64,000 nt of DNA from an uncultured Gemmatimonadales bacterium (GCA_963851265.1 CAWKNZ010000003.1:216014-280013); one strand, 5' to 3'. Numbered from the stretch's first letter, positions 39,010-49,805 are shown. Program-made: numbers and translations. The notes: generated by a model not told the origin, from the sequence alone.

Positions 39010-39570
39010 ATGCCTCTCAACCGCCGCCACGTCCCGCTCTGTGCTGCCGCCGTCTTCGCGGCCGTCTCCGCCGCGGCCTGCAGCGGTGGCCACGCGGCAG
39101 CCAACGACGCGCTCCGTCGCGACCTCGACGCGGCCGGTGGCGACGGGCTCGCGCTCGCCCCACGCGCCTCGCAGACCCAGGTCGTGTCCCCGCTCGAGCT
39201 CGGGAACGGCAAAGCCAGCGCGGCCGGCACGCCGGCGCGCGCGGCCACGGGTACGCCAGCCCCGGCCCCCCGGCGTCTGGTGGCGCGCGCGCCGGCCCCG
39301 GTGGTCGAGCGGGTCCGGATCATCGAGCGCGTGATCGAGCGCGATCCCGCACCGGCGCCGGCGCCCACGCGCACCGAAGTCGCTGCCGCTCCGACCGCGG
39401 CGACGCCCGCGGCCCCCACCGCTGTGGACCCGGCGCCGGTGGCCGCCCCGTCGCCCGGCTCGCGCCACATGCCGCAGACCACGGATGCGCCTGCGCCCAC
39501 CCGCGCCCGCCGCGGTGCGTGGAACATGGGCGACGTGATCCGCAACGCGCCCTTCCCGATCAACCCGTAA
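39010..39570 (+). CDS. Hypothetical Pro/Ala-rich lipoprotein
   Basis: Lipobox AAAC; conserved-looking C-terminus DVIRNAPFPINP. Confidence 0.65.
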   Translation: MPLNRRHVPLCAAAVFAAVSAAACSGGHAAANDALRRDLDAAGGDGLALAPRASQTQVVSPLELGNGKASAAGTPARAATGTPAPAPRRLVARAPAPVVERVRIIERVIERDPAPAPAPTRTEVAAAPTAATPAAPTAVDPAPVAAPSPGSRHMPQTTDAPAPTRARRGAWNMGDVIRNAPFPINP

Positions 39571-39706
39571 CCCCTCCTAAGTCGCTCGGCGCCAGCTACT
39601 TGCGCTGGATGGCCGAGTTGCGGGACGGGCTCCGCCGAGCGTAGTGTGGTGGCCCGCGCCGAGCGACGTGCTCGGCGCGGGCCACCGTCGTTCGGAGTGC
39701 ACTCGG

Positions 39707-39946
39707 ATGGCCCTGCCGCTCCCACTGCCCGACCCCGGCCAGCACTCGCGAGTCGACGGCGCCGCGAACGCGGACCCCGTCGGCCCGATGACGCCCGACG
39801 AGTACGACGCGTTCGAGGCGGAATCCGAGGTCCGCCACGAGTACGTCGACGTCCCGCGCGAGCCGCCGCCGCTCCCGCAGCTCCGCCGCGTTCGCGAGCC
39901 CGACGCCGAGTACGAGGTCGACGGCGTGCCCGAGTACGCCGACTGA
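39707..39946 (+). pseudogene. Possible internally deleted Uma2 (DUF820) endonuclease remnant
   Basis: MTPDEYDAFEAESEVRHEYVD resembles the Uma2 N-terminus but no nuclease core follows. Confidence 0.45.
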
Positions 39947-40001
39947 CCCGGGCACACGCGTTGCACCCCCGCCCTGTCTCCCCAACGACGGAGCGCGGTT
40001 G

Positions 40002-40385
40002 ATGAAGGACACCCCCGAGAACGACAAGAGCGAGTACACCGACACCGGCTTCCGTGACGGCGACGCGCGCCAGGGCTTCGGCGACGACGGCGGCACGCGC
40101 GTCGGACGCCCGGACGGCGCCGGCTCCAATTCGAGCGTCCAGGACCCCAATGGCGGGTCGGGCACCGGCGCACGTCCGGCGCCGCGCGACGCGCAGGGCG
40201 GACACCAGATCCCGGGGCAACCGGGCACCAACACCACGCCCGTCCCCGACGGAATCGAGGGGTCCGAGATCGGAGGCGACGCGACCGCCGCTCAAGGGCA
40301 GCAGCAGTCGCGGATCCAGGCGTCCGCCGAAGGGCTCACGCCGGGTCCGGCGGTGGGCGACGACCGGTCGACGTTCGACCTCTGA
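40002..40385 (+). CDS. Hypothetical hydrophilic, probably disordered protein
   Basis: G/D/Q/P/T-rich with no hydrophobic core; GGAG upstream. Confidence 0.65.
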   Translation: MKDTPENDKSEYTDTGFRDGDARQGFGDDGGTRVGRPDGAGSNSSVQDPNGGSGTGARPAPRDAQGGHQIPGQPGTNTTPVPDGIEGSEIGGDATAAQGQQQSRIQASAEGLTPGPAVGDDRSTFDL

Positions 40386-40396
40386 CGGGCGCCCGA

Positions 40397-40717
40397 ATGC
40401 CCGATTCCCAGAACGACCCCCAGAACCCGAACGGCAAGTCGCTCGGCATGGGCGGCGAGGCCGTGGAAAACGTGCACGCGGCCCAGCAGGACGCCGCGGG
40501 GCGCCCGCCGTCGCCCGCCGCCACCAGCCAGCAGAACGCGGCCGAGACGGGCGTGCAGGGAGGCGCCAGCGTCGGCTCCCAGCCGATCGCCGGGCGCGAG
40601 ACGGAGCACGTCTCGGGCTACGGCGGCAAGCTCGGTGCGGCGCGGACGAGCGCCGACGAGCACGAACCGGTGGACCCGACGGGCACGACGAACGTCGGTG
40701 GGACGAAGGGAGCGTAG
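40397..40717 (+). CDS. Hypothetical hydrophilic, probably disordered protein
   Basis: G/Q/A/T-rich; 11 nt after the previous gene. Confidence 0.65.
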   Translation: MPDSQNDPQNPNGKSLGMGGEAVENVHAAQQDAAGRPPSPAATSQQNAAETGVQGGASVGSQPIAGRETEHVSGYGGKLGAARTSADEHEPVDPTGTTNVGGTKGA

Positions 40718-40765
40718 AGCGGGCTCCCGCGCCACGCGGGTCGGCGCCCACCTCGCCCGCCCGGG

Positions 40766-42229
40766 GTGACAAACCCGCCCGACCGGGCTTGTCTTGTCCG
40801 GGTGCCCGCCCCCGCCGAAGTCGCTCTCACCGAGGCGCCCGTCGCCGACGCGGTTCCGGTCTGCGCCCGCTGCGGCGCCGAGTACGGCCCGCGCACCCTG
40901 CTCGCCGAGTGCCCGGCGTGCGGCGGACTGCTGGACCTCAGGGTCCCCCCGCCCGCCCTGTGCGGCGCCGACCTCCGCGCCCTGTTCGACGCACGCCGGG
41001 TCGACGCGCACGCGCCCATCCCCTTCGCCGACGACGCGACCCGCCCCCGCCGTTCCGGCGTCTGGCGCTTTCGCGAGCTGATCCTCCCCGGCGCGGTCGA
41101 CGCCGAGGTCGTCAGCCAGCCGGAAGGTGACACCCCACTCCTGCACCGGGCCGCCGTCGCCCGCTGGGCCGGGCGCGACGCCCTGCTCCTCAAGCACGAC
41201 GGCTTCAATCCCACGGGCTCGTTCAAGGACCGGGGCATGACGGTCGCGCTCACGCAGGCCCGGCGCGCCGGCGCGCGTGCGGTCGCCTGCGCGAGTACCG
41301 GCAACACGAGCGCCGCCCTGGCCTCGTACGCGGCCCTGGCCGGCATGGCGGGGCTCGTGCTCGTCCCCGCGCCCAAGGCCGCCGTGCGCGGCGAGGCCGT
41401 CCAGCAGGTGGCACTCGGCAAGCTCGCGCAGACGCTCGCCTACGGCGCGCGCACGCTGCTCGTGCGCGGCGACTTCGACCGCTGCCTCGCGCTCCTGCGG
41501 GCGCACGCCGAGTCGTTGGGCGTCTACCTCGTCAACTCGGTCAACCCGTACCGCGTCGCGGGACAGCAGAGCGTCGCGTTCGAGATCGTGCAGCAGCTCG
41601 GCTGGACGGCGCCCGACTGGATCGTCCTCCCCGCCGGCAATCTCGGCAACACCTCGGCCGTGGGCGCCGCGCTGCGCACGATGCGCGCGCTCGGCCTCAT
41701 CGACCGCGTCCCGCGCGTGGCCGCCGTACAGGCCGCGGGCGCGGCGCCGTTCGCGCGCGCGTTCCGGGAGCAGTTCGCCCGGCGCCACGCGGTCGCGGCC
41801 GAGACCGTGGCCACGGCCATCAAGATCGGCGACCCGGCGAGCTGGGAGCGGGCCGAACGCGTGGTGCGCGAGACCGACGGCGTGGTCACCGACGTGAGCG
41901 ACGCCGAGCTGCTCGAAGCGAAGGCCGTGATCGACGCGTCGGGCGTGGGGTGCGAGCCGGCGAGCGCGGCGAGCGTCGCCGGGGTGAGACGCCTCGCCCA
42001 CGAGGGAGTGATCCGCCCCGCCGACACCGTGGTCGCGATCCTCACCGGCCACGTACTCAAGGACCCCGGCCTCCTGCTCGACTACCACCGCGCGGCGAGC
42101 GACGCGTCGGGTGCGACGCCGTCCGGCGCCAATCCGCCCGTCGAGATCGACGCCACCCCCGACGCCCTCGCTCGGGCAGTCGAGACGGCGATGACCGACG
42201 CGGCCCGGGTGCGGAGCGCCCGCGCGTGA
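40766..42229 (+). CDS. thrC: Threonine synthase
   Basis: NPTGSFKDRG (PLP Lys), ASTGNT, NSVNPYR, GNLGN, EPASA, LTGH.LKD; start uncertain. Confidence 0.92.
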   Translation: MTNPPDRACLVRVPAPAEVALTEAPVADAVPVCARCGAEYGPRTLLAECPACGGLLDLRVPPPALCGADLRALFDARRVDAHAPIPFADDATRPRRSGVWRFRELILPGAVDAEVVSQPEGDTPLLHRAAVARWAGRDALLLKHDGFNPTGSFKDRGMTVALTQARRAGARAVACASTGNTSAALASYAALAGMAGLVLVPAPKAAVRGEAVQQVALGKLAQTLAYGARTLLVRGDFDRCLALLRAHAESLGVYLVNSVNPYRVAGQQSVAFEIVQQLGWTAPDWIVLPAGNLGNTSAVGAALRTMRALGLIDRVPRVAAVQAAGAAPFARAFREQFARRHAVAAETVATAIKIGDPASWERAERVVRETDGVVTDVSDAELLEAKAVIDASGVGCEPASAASVAGVRRLAHEGVIRPADTVVAILTGHVLKDPGLLLDYHRAASDASGATPSGANPPVEIDATPDALARAVETAMTDAARVRSARA

Positions 42230-43176
42230 GCGGCGCGCCCGCCCGCCGCGTCCGCGTCCGCGTCCCCTGCTCGACTTCCAACCTCGGCGGCGGCTTCGAT
42301 TGCGTCGGCGTCGCGCTCGACCGGTGGCTCTCGGCCGAGGCGTGGCTCGACCTCGCGGTAGGCGCCCGGCCCTCGCTCCGGAGGGCCGGCACGCTCACCG
42401 ACCTCGACCGGAACGACGTTCCGCCCGACGACGACCTCATCGTGCAGGGCGCCCGGCTCGCGTGCGCGGCAGCCGGCTCCGAGCTGCCCGGCGGGTTCAC
42501 CGTCGCCGCCGAGTCGGAGGTGCCCGTGGGCCGCGGGCTCGGCTCGTCCGCCGCCGCCCTCGCCGCCGGCGCGCTCCTCGCCGACGCCCTGCTGGGGCTC
42601 GCGTTGGGCGCGCGGCGCGTGGCCGCGCTCTGCGCCACGGCGGAGGGGCACCCCGACAACGCCTCGCCCATGCTCATGGGCGGCGCCGTGCTCGGCGTCC
42701 CCGCGCCCACGTGCGACGGCGGGTGGGCGTTCGCTCCGCTCGCGCTGCACCCGGACGTGGGGTTCGCGCTCGCGGTTCCCGACTTCGGCACATCGACGCG
42801 CGCGATGCGCGGGGCGCTGCCCGCGTCGGTGTCACACCGCGACGCGGTCGCGGCGGCGTCCAAGGGGGCCGCGCTCGTGCGCGGACTCGCCGGGGCCGAC
42901 GGCGCGCTGCTCGCACACGCGCTCGACGACGTGCTGCACGTCCCCTACCGCCGCGCGCTCGTGCCGGGGTACGACGCGGTCACGGCCGCGGCGGTCGCGG
43001 CCGGCGCGTGGGGGGCCACGCTGAGCGGGGCGGGGTCGTCGCTCATCGCGCTCGCGCCGCGCGAGCGGGCCGCTGAGGTCGCGGCCACGATGGCCGCGGC
43101 GTGGCACGAGGCGGGGGTGTCGGCGGAGGGGTGGGCGGCGCCGGTCGCCGGCGGGGCGGAGGTCGCAGTCGCCTAA
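42226..43176 (+). CDS. thrB: Homoserine kinase
   Basis: PCSTSNLGGGFD, PVGRGLGSS, EGHPDN, LSGAG. Confidence 0.92.
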   Translation: MSGAPARRVRVRVPCSTSNLGGGFDCVGVALDRWLSAEAWLDLAVGARPSLRRAGTLTDLDRNDVPPDDDLIVQGARLACAAAGSELPGGFTVAAESEVPVGRGLGSSAAALAAGALLADALLGLALGARRVAALCATAEGHPDNASPMLMGGAVLGVPAPTCDGGWAFAPLALHPDVGFALAVPDFGTSTRAMRGALPASVSHRDAVAAASKGAALVRGLAGADGALLAHALDDVLHVPYRRALVPGYDAVTAAAVAAGAWGATLSGAGSSLIALAPRERAAEVAATMAAAWHEAGVSAEGWAAPVAGGAEVAVA

Positions 43177-43198
43177 CGCGGCGCGTCAGGCGCTCGCG

Positions 43199-43588
43199 TC
43201 ACCACACCCGCGCCACGCCGAACGCGTCGAGCGCGGCGTCGTTCGAGACGATCGCGAGACGGTTGTGCAGGGCCTGCGCTGCGAGCATGCGGTCGAACGG
43301 GTCCCGGTGCGCCTGGGCGAACGAGCCCGCGAGGTCGCCGTCGTCGAACGTGACGCCGAGTTCCTCGAATCCGTGCGAGGCCGCGATCGCGGACAGCCCG
43401 ACGGCGAGCGTTGGGCTGACTTCCGGAAGCTTGCCGAGTCGGTACTTCGTCCGTACTTCCCACGCGCTGGCCGCACTCACCCAGACGCGCTCCGCTGCCG
43501 GAACCCGGCTCCTCACGCGCTCGGGCAGGCGCTCGTCGCCGAGTACCCACCAGAGGAACGTGTGGGTGTCGAGCAGGAGTTCGCTCAT
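43199..43588 (-). CDS. vapC: PIN-domain toxin (VapC family)
   Basis: LLLDTH.FLW, SAASAWE, HRDPFDRML.AQA. Confidence 0.9.
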   Translation of the reverse strand: MSELLLDTHTFLWWVLGDERLPERVRSRVPAAERVWVSAASAWEVRTKYRLGKLPEVSPTLAVGLSAIAASHGFEELGVTFDDGDLAGSFAQAHRDPFDRMLAAQALHNRLAIVSNDAALDAFGVARVW

Positions 43589-43815
43589 CCGAGTCCGTCC
43601 ACCTCGGCGTCCGGCAGCGGTTCGAAGAACGCGTCGGTCACGCGCCCCAGGTGGCGATGACGCCCGAACTCCGGACGCGTGGGCGGCGGCGTCACCGGGA
43701 CCATCCGCACCGCCGGCACGTTCCGGCGCGCGATCACCACCTCCTCACCGTTCACCGCGCGCTCGACGAGCTCGCTCAAGCCGTTCTTCGCGTCGTACAG
43801 GTTGTACGTGGCCAC
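43585..43815 (-). CDS. Phd/YefM-family antitoxin
   Basis: YNLYDAKNGLSELVERA..GEEVVIARRNVP; 4-nt overlap with the toxin; GGAGG RBS at 43822-43826. Confidence 0.9.
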   Translation of the reverse strand: MATYNLYDAKNGLSELVERAVNGEEVVIARRNVPAVRMVPVTPPPTRPEFGRHRHLGRVTDAFFEPLPDAEVDGLG

Positions 43816-43832
43816 GAGGAACCTCCAGTGTA

Positions 43833-43868
43833 AGTTGGCCTACAACTAGGCTAGCAAGGACGCTAGCC
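43833..43868. promoter_or_regulatory. Two inverted repeats, putative TA autorepression operators
   Basis: AGTTG-n5-CAACT (43833-43847) and GGCTAGC-n6-GCTAGCC (43849-43868) immediately upstream of the antitoxin. Confidence 0.5.
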
Positions 43869-43969
43869 GGGTCGTGTGCCTGGTGCCACTCGGTGCCGCG
43901 ACGCACGTTACAGCCGCTCTCGCCAGCGTGCAGGGCCGTTTCATTGCACCCTCTCCATCATTCCGACAC

Positions 43970-44647
43970 ATGCGCCAGCTTTCCGCTTTCGCCCTGCTGC
44001 TCGCCCCCGCCCTCGCCGCCGCGCAGGCGCACGCGCCCGCCGGACAGGCGGCCGACCCCGACCAGCAGGTCGCCGGCGGACTGCGCGTCCCCGGCTGGAC
44101 GGCCCACTTCGACCACGCGAACGCGAGCCCCACCGCGGTCAAGTTCTTCCCGATGGGCTCGGGCTACCACGTGATCGGCGGCCCGGCCGCGATCTACTTC
44201 GACTCGACCAAGACGGCCTCGGGCGCCTACACCGCGCGCGTCAGCATCACGCAGACCAAGGCGCCCATGCACCCCGAGGCGTACGGCCTGTTCGTCGGCG
44301 GCCAGAACCTCTCGAGCGACGCGGCGAGCTACGTCTACTACCTCGTCCGCGGCGACGGCAAGTACACGATCAAGCAGCGCGCCGGCGCCAACGACGTCCG
44401 CAACCTCGTCGACTGGACCGCCTCGCCCGCCATCCACGCCGCCGACGCTGCCGGCAAGGCGACCAACGCGATCCGCGTGCAGGTCGGCGCCGACTCGGTG
44501 CGCTTCTACGCCAACGACCAGCTCGTGACCGCGCTCCCGGCCGCGAAGATGGGCACCCTGGCCGGCGTGGCGGGCGTGCGCGTCAATCACAACCTCGACG
44601 TACACATCGCCGGCTTCTCGGTCGCGAGCGGCGCCGCGGCGCGCTGA
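43970..44647 (+). CDS. Secreted beta-rich protein (concanavalin/DUF1080-like fold suspected)
   Basis: Signal peptide; HPEAYGLF.GG, YYLVRGDGKY, G.RVNHNLDVH. Confidence 0.65.
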   Translation: MRQLSAFALLLAPALAAAQAHAPAGQAADPDQQVAGGLRVPGWTAHFDHANASPTAVKFFPMGSGYHVIGGPAAIYFDSTKTASGAYTARVSITQTKAPMHPEAYGLFVGGQNLSSDAASYVYYLVRGDGKYTIKQRAGANDVRNLVDWTASPAIHAADAAGKATNAIRVQVGADSVRFYANDQLVTALPAAKMGTLAGVAGVRVNHNLDVHIAGFSVASGAAAR

Positions 44648-44668
44648 TCGCGAGCGCTACCGCCCCGC

Positions 44669-45670
<1,002 letters not shown>

Positions 45671-45721
45671 CGACCCACGCGCGCGCCCATCTCCCCCGCG
45701 CAACGCTGCACACTGTCTGCC

Positions 45722-47827
45722 GTGGTGCGCCGAGTGCTCGACGGCGCGCCGGGGGTCGCAGACGGGGTCTTGCTGGGCGCGCCCGCTCCCGATCCCGCCG
45801 CGGTCGTCGAGGCCCGTCTGGCGCGCGCGCCGGCCCACCTCCGGCAGGACCTCGCCCGCGTGCTCACCGTCTTCGGCGGGCGCGCGGCCGCGTTCGTCAC
45901 GCTCGGCACCGCTACGCCGTTCGCGCGCCTCGACGCGGCGCGCCAGGACCGGATGCTCGCGCGGTGGGCGACTTCGCGCGTCCCCGTCCAGCGCACGGTG
46001 TTTCAGGCCCTCCGCCGCCTCACCCTGGCCGCATGGTACGGCCAGCCCGCCGTTCAGGCCACGCTGGGCTACCGCGGCCCGTTTCACCGCCGCGAGCCCG
46101 CGCTCGCCTGGGAAGGACCGGCCGCGGGCACCACGACGCCCGCCGAACCGATTGCCCGCGCCACCGCACCCGAACGCGGCGCACCGCCCATCCGCAGTAC
46201 CTCGCTCCCCGTCATCCCCCCAGCGCCGCCAGGGGCCGCGAGCGCCCCGACGACGGCCGCGTCCATCGGCCGCGTCGTTCCGGGCCATGCGCTCTCCGGC
46301 GAGATCCGCCGCACCGCGGACGTGGTCGTGATCGGGAGCGGAGCGGGCGGCGCGGTGGTCGCCGCCCGACTCGCGGAGTCGGGGCGGGAGGTGGTCGTGC
46401 TCGAGTCGGGCGGCCTCTGGACGGCGACCGATTTCACGGAAGACGAGGCCGCACTCGGTGAGCGACTCTACGCCGACCAGGGGCTACGGGCCACCGAAGA
46501 CCTTGGCGTATCCATCGTGCAGGGCAACACGGTGGGCGGCAGCACGACGGTCAACTGGATGGCGATGCTCCGCCCCGACGCGCACGTGCGCGAGGAATGG
46601 GCGAACCGCTTCGGAATCGACGCGATCGGGAACGGCGTGCTCGACGCCGCCCTCGACCGCGTGTGGGCCGAGGTGCATGCCCGCCGCATGCCCGACGACG
46701 CGCACTCGGCTAACAACCGCCTGCTCTTGGATGGCGCCGCCGCCCTCGGCTGGCGCGTACGCGCACTCGAGCTCAACGCGCGGGGCTGCGTGCGCTCCGG
46801 CTTTTGCGGCCAGGGCTGCCGCTACGACGCCAAGCAGGGCACGCTCCTCACCTACGTCCCCCGCGCCCTCAAGGCCGGCGCGACGGTCTACGCCGATGCC
46901 ACCGCCGACCGCATCACCACACTCGGCGCGAATTCCCGCGGCGGCGTGAAACGCGTGACCGCGACGGTGCACGACCGCGACACCCGGGCGCCACGTGCCA
47001 CGCTCGTGGTTGACGCCCCGACGGTGGTCGTCGCCGCGGGGGCGATTGGCACCCCCGCTCTGCTGCAGCGCTCGGGGCTCGGCGGCGGCGGAGTGGGCCG
47101 CTACCTGCGCTTTCACCCGACCACGGCGGTGAGCGCCCGCTATGACCGCGAGATCAACGGTGGAACGGGCGTCCCGCTGTCGACGATCTGCGACGAGTTC
47201 TCCGGCACGGGCACCAACGGCTACGGCTTCTGGCTCGAGACGCCCCCGTTCCACCCCATGCTCGCCGCGGTCGGGACGACGGGATTCGGGCGCGACCACT
47301 TCGCGCTCGCCCGCGACTACCTCCGCACGGGCGTGATCGTCGTCCTCGTTCGCGACGGCGCGGACCAGGACCGCTCCAACGGCAGCGTGTCGGTCGACCG
47401 CGGCGGCCGAACCCGCATCCGCTACCGCCTGGGACCCGCCGACGCACGCCACCTCCGCGACGGGATGGCGGCCGCCGCCCGCGTCCACCTCGCCGCGGGG
47501 TCCAGCGACGTGCACACGCTCCACACCCGCCCACTCGTCGTCCGCGCCCCGTCCGACGTCGACGAGATCCTCCGCCGCTCCACGGCGCCCAACGACGTCG
47601 GACTGTTCAGCGCCCACGTCAACGGCACGTGCCGGCTCGGGCGCGACCCCCGCACGAGCGGCGCGTCGAGCGAGCCCGAACGGTTCGGCGAGCGCCACGG
47701 CGTGCCGGGCGTGTACGTCGCCGACGGCTCGCTGCTTCCGACGGGGGTGGGCGTGAACCCCCAGGGAATAATCATGGCGTTGGGCGAGGTCGTCGCCGGC
47801 GGCTTGATGCACCGATCGACGCACTGA
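45722..47827 (+). CDS. GMC-family flavoprotein oxidoreductase (long-chain alcohol oxidase-like)
   Basis: VIGSGAGG, VGGSTTVN, C..SGFC..GC, SAHVNGTC, VADGS..PT..GVNP; start uncertain. Confidence 0.88.
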   Translation: MVRRVLDGAPGVADGVLLGAPAPDPAAVVEARLARAPAHLRQDLARVLTVFGGRAAAFVTLGTATPFARLDAARQDRMLARWATSRVPVQRTVFQALRRLTLAAWYGQPAVQATLGYRGPFHRREPALAWEGPAAGTTTPAEPIARATAPERGAPPIRSTSLPVIPPAPPGAASAPTTAASIGRVVPGHALSGEIRRTADVVVIGSGAGGAVVAARLAESGREVVVLESGGLWTATDFTEDEAALGERLYADQGLRATEDLGVSIVQGNTVGGSTTVNWMAMLRPDAHVREEWANRFGIDAIGNGVLDAALDRVWAEVHARRMPDDAHSANNRLLLDGAAALGWRVRALELNARGCVRSGFCGQGCRYDAKQGTLLTYVPRALKAGATVYADATADRITTLGANSRGGVKRVTATVHDRDTRAPRATLVVDAPTVVVAAGAIGTPALLQRSGLGGGGVGRYLRFHPTTAVSARYDREINGGTGVPLSTICDEFSGTGTNGYGFWLETPPFHPMLAAVGTTGFGRDHFALARDYLRTGVIVVLVRDGADQDRSNGSVSVDRGGRTRIRYRLGPADARHLRDGMAAAARVHLAAGSSDVHTLHTRPLVVRAPSDVDEILRRSTAPNDVGLFSAHVNGTCRLGRDPRTSGASSEPERFGERHGVPGVYVADGSLLPTGVGVNPQGIIMALGEVVAGGLMHRSTH

Positions 47828-48152
47828 AGCCGATCGCGGTCGGGCGTCGCGAGGTTGGCCGCTGCTGGCGAGAACGCGGGGGGTTCACCGGCGACGGTGG
47901 CCCCCCGCATCGCGCGCGACCCCGGTCACGCGCGGGCGCTCAAGTCGCGCCGGGGGCGCGCCGATACCGCACCCCGAGGGCGTCTCCACCTCGGGAGCGC
48001 GCCCTCACGGACCTTCTCAACACAGCAAAGACGCAGATGTCGCCACGTCGCAACAGCAGCCCCCGGCTGCCGCGCGCGCGCCACACCGCCCGCGTCGGCC
48101 CGGCGCTCGGCCCCGCCGCCCGCGCCGGCACCCTCGCCCCCCGGTTCCGCTG

Positions 48153-48866
48153 ATGCGCGCCCTCCTGACCGCGGGCCGCCGCGGGCTGCGCGCCGCCACG
48201 CCGGCGCTCGCCCTCGGGACCGCCACGCTCACCGCGGCGCTCGCCGCGTGCTCCGACGCCACGACCGGCCCGACCACGACCCGCGCCCCGCAGTTCGCGA
48301 ACCAGGTCCAGGGTACGTCGGCGGGCAACGGGGGCACCGCGTCCACCACGCTCTCGCAGACGCTCGTCGGCGACACCACGGTGACCAAATTCGTGCTGGG
48401 CACGGACGGCAAGCAGGCCATCGTCCGGCTCGACGCCCAGAACGCGAGCCAGGTCGTCTTCCCGATCGGGCTCTACTCCGTGTGCGACCCCGCCACCTCG
48501 AGCTACGGCGTGGGCACCTGGGACAGCCCCTGCACCGCGGCCGCGAAGCCGATCACGATCACGGCCAAGGTCTGGACGGACAAGGCCTCGGGCAAGACCG
48601 TGTCCGACTTCCAGCCCGCGATGCGCTTCGTGCCGGGCCAGAAGTGGCCGGTCCAGCTCTATCTCAAGGATTCGAACTACCAGGCGGGTGACGTGATCTG
48701 GTACTGCCCCGCGGGCTCCACGTACACCACCGGCACGGGCACCTCGTGTGTGAACGAGGCGCTCACCGATGCGAGCCTCACGACCAGCTTCGGCAGCAGC
48801 AACGGCTGGGCCTATCGCACGATCAAACACTTCTCGGGCTACCTCGTGTCGTGGGGCCGGCAGTGA
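48153..48866 (+). CDS. Hypothetical lipoprotein, paralog 1 (C-terminal HFSGY)
   Basis: Lipobox LAAC; SVCDPATSSYGVGTWDSPC; ends RTIKHFSGYLVSWGRQ. Confidence 0.8.
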   Translation: MRALLTAGRRGLRAATPALALGTATLTAALAACSDATTGPTTTRAPQFANQVQGTSAGNGGTASTTLSQTLVGDTTVTKFVLGTDGKQAIVRLDAQNASQVVFPIGLYSVCDPATSSYGVGTWDSPCTAAAKPITITAKVWTDKASGKTVSDFQPAMRFVPGQKWPVQLYLKDSNYQAGDVIWYCPAGSTYTTGTGTSCVNEALTDASLTTSFGSSNGWAYRTIKHFSGYLVSWGRQ

Positions 48867-49597
48867 CGCGCGCCCTCCCGCCGTTTCGCCGCGCGCTCCA
48901 GCGCGCCACGCCCGCGCTCGCCCTCGGCACCGCGGTCCTGACCGCCGCGCTGGCCGCGTGCGCGGACACCCCGACCGGGCCGGCTGCCCCGGCCGCACCG
49001 TCCGCGGCGTCGGTGGCCGCGTCGGGCGCCCGGCTCGACGCCAAGCTCGTCGCCCCCACGGCCCGCCGCTCCGGCGTCACCGCCCAGACCCAGCACGGCG
49101 ACACCCTCGTCAGCACCCTCGTCCTCCAGCCGGACGGCGCCTGGGTGGCGGCCGCGCTCGGCGGCGGCCACACCATCACCTTCCCCGCCGGCGCCGCCTC
49201 GGTCTGCGACCCGCGGACGTCGAGCTACGGCGCGGGCACCTGGGACGCACCGTGCGCCCCGAGCCGCGACTCGGTCGTCATCACCGCCCTGACGTGGCTG
49301 GACCACGGCGTGCCGCGCGTCGAGTTCAGCCCCGCCCTGCGCTTCGTCCCCACGCCCGGCGCCACCCCCGGGGCCGGCGTGCAGCTCGCGCTCAAGAACC
49401 CGCACGCCAAGTTCACCGGCACCGCCAACCGGATCGACTACTGCCCGGCGCTCGCCCCGGCCGCCGGCCCCGCCCCCGCCAAGGGCTGCGTCGACGAGTC
49501 CGCGGCCGACCCGAGCGTGGCCACCGTCACGACCCCCAACGGCTTCTGGCAGCGCCGCGTCAAGCACTTCTCCGGCTACACCGTCGTCGTCAACTGA
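48863..49597 (+). CDS. Hypothetical lipoprotein, paralog 2 (C-terminal HFSGY)
   Basis: GTGA overlap; lipobox LAAC; SVCDPRTSSYGAGTWDAPC; ends RRVKHFSGYTVVVN. Confidence 0.8.
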   Translation: MTRALPPFRRALQRATPALALGTAVLTAALAACADTPTGPAAPAAPSAASVAASGARLDAKLVAPTARRSGVTAQTQHGDTLVSTLVLQPDGAWVAAALGGGHTITFPAGAASVCDPRTSSYGAGTWDAPCAPSRDSVVITALTWLDHGVPRVEFSPALRFVPTPGATPGAGVQLALKNPHAKFTGTANRIDYCPALAPAAGPAPAKGCVDESAADPSVATVTTPNGFWQRRVKHFSGYTVVVN

Positions 49598-49606
49598 CGG
49601 CCGCGT

Positions 49607-49672
49607 CGCCCGGCACCAGCGCACGAACGCCCCGCCCTCCCCGGCGGGGCGTTCGTGCGCTGGTGCCGGGCG
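49607..49672. terminator. 30-bp perfect inverted repeat with 6-nt loop between convergent genes
   Basis: 49607-49636 is the exact reverse complement of 49643-49672. Confidence 0.7.
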
Positions 49673-49805
49673 CTGGCGCAGAGCGTCCCGGTCACGATCC
49701 CGCCGTGGCGGGCCGGGAGGGGCCGGGACGACAGCGCGGACAGTCCGTCGTACGGCCGATCCCGCTACGACCAACTGCGAACTCCTGGAACAGCCGGGTC
49801 GGGCC

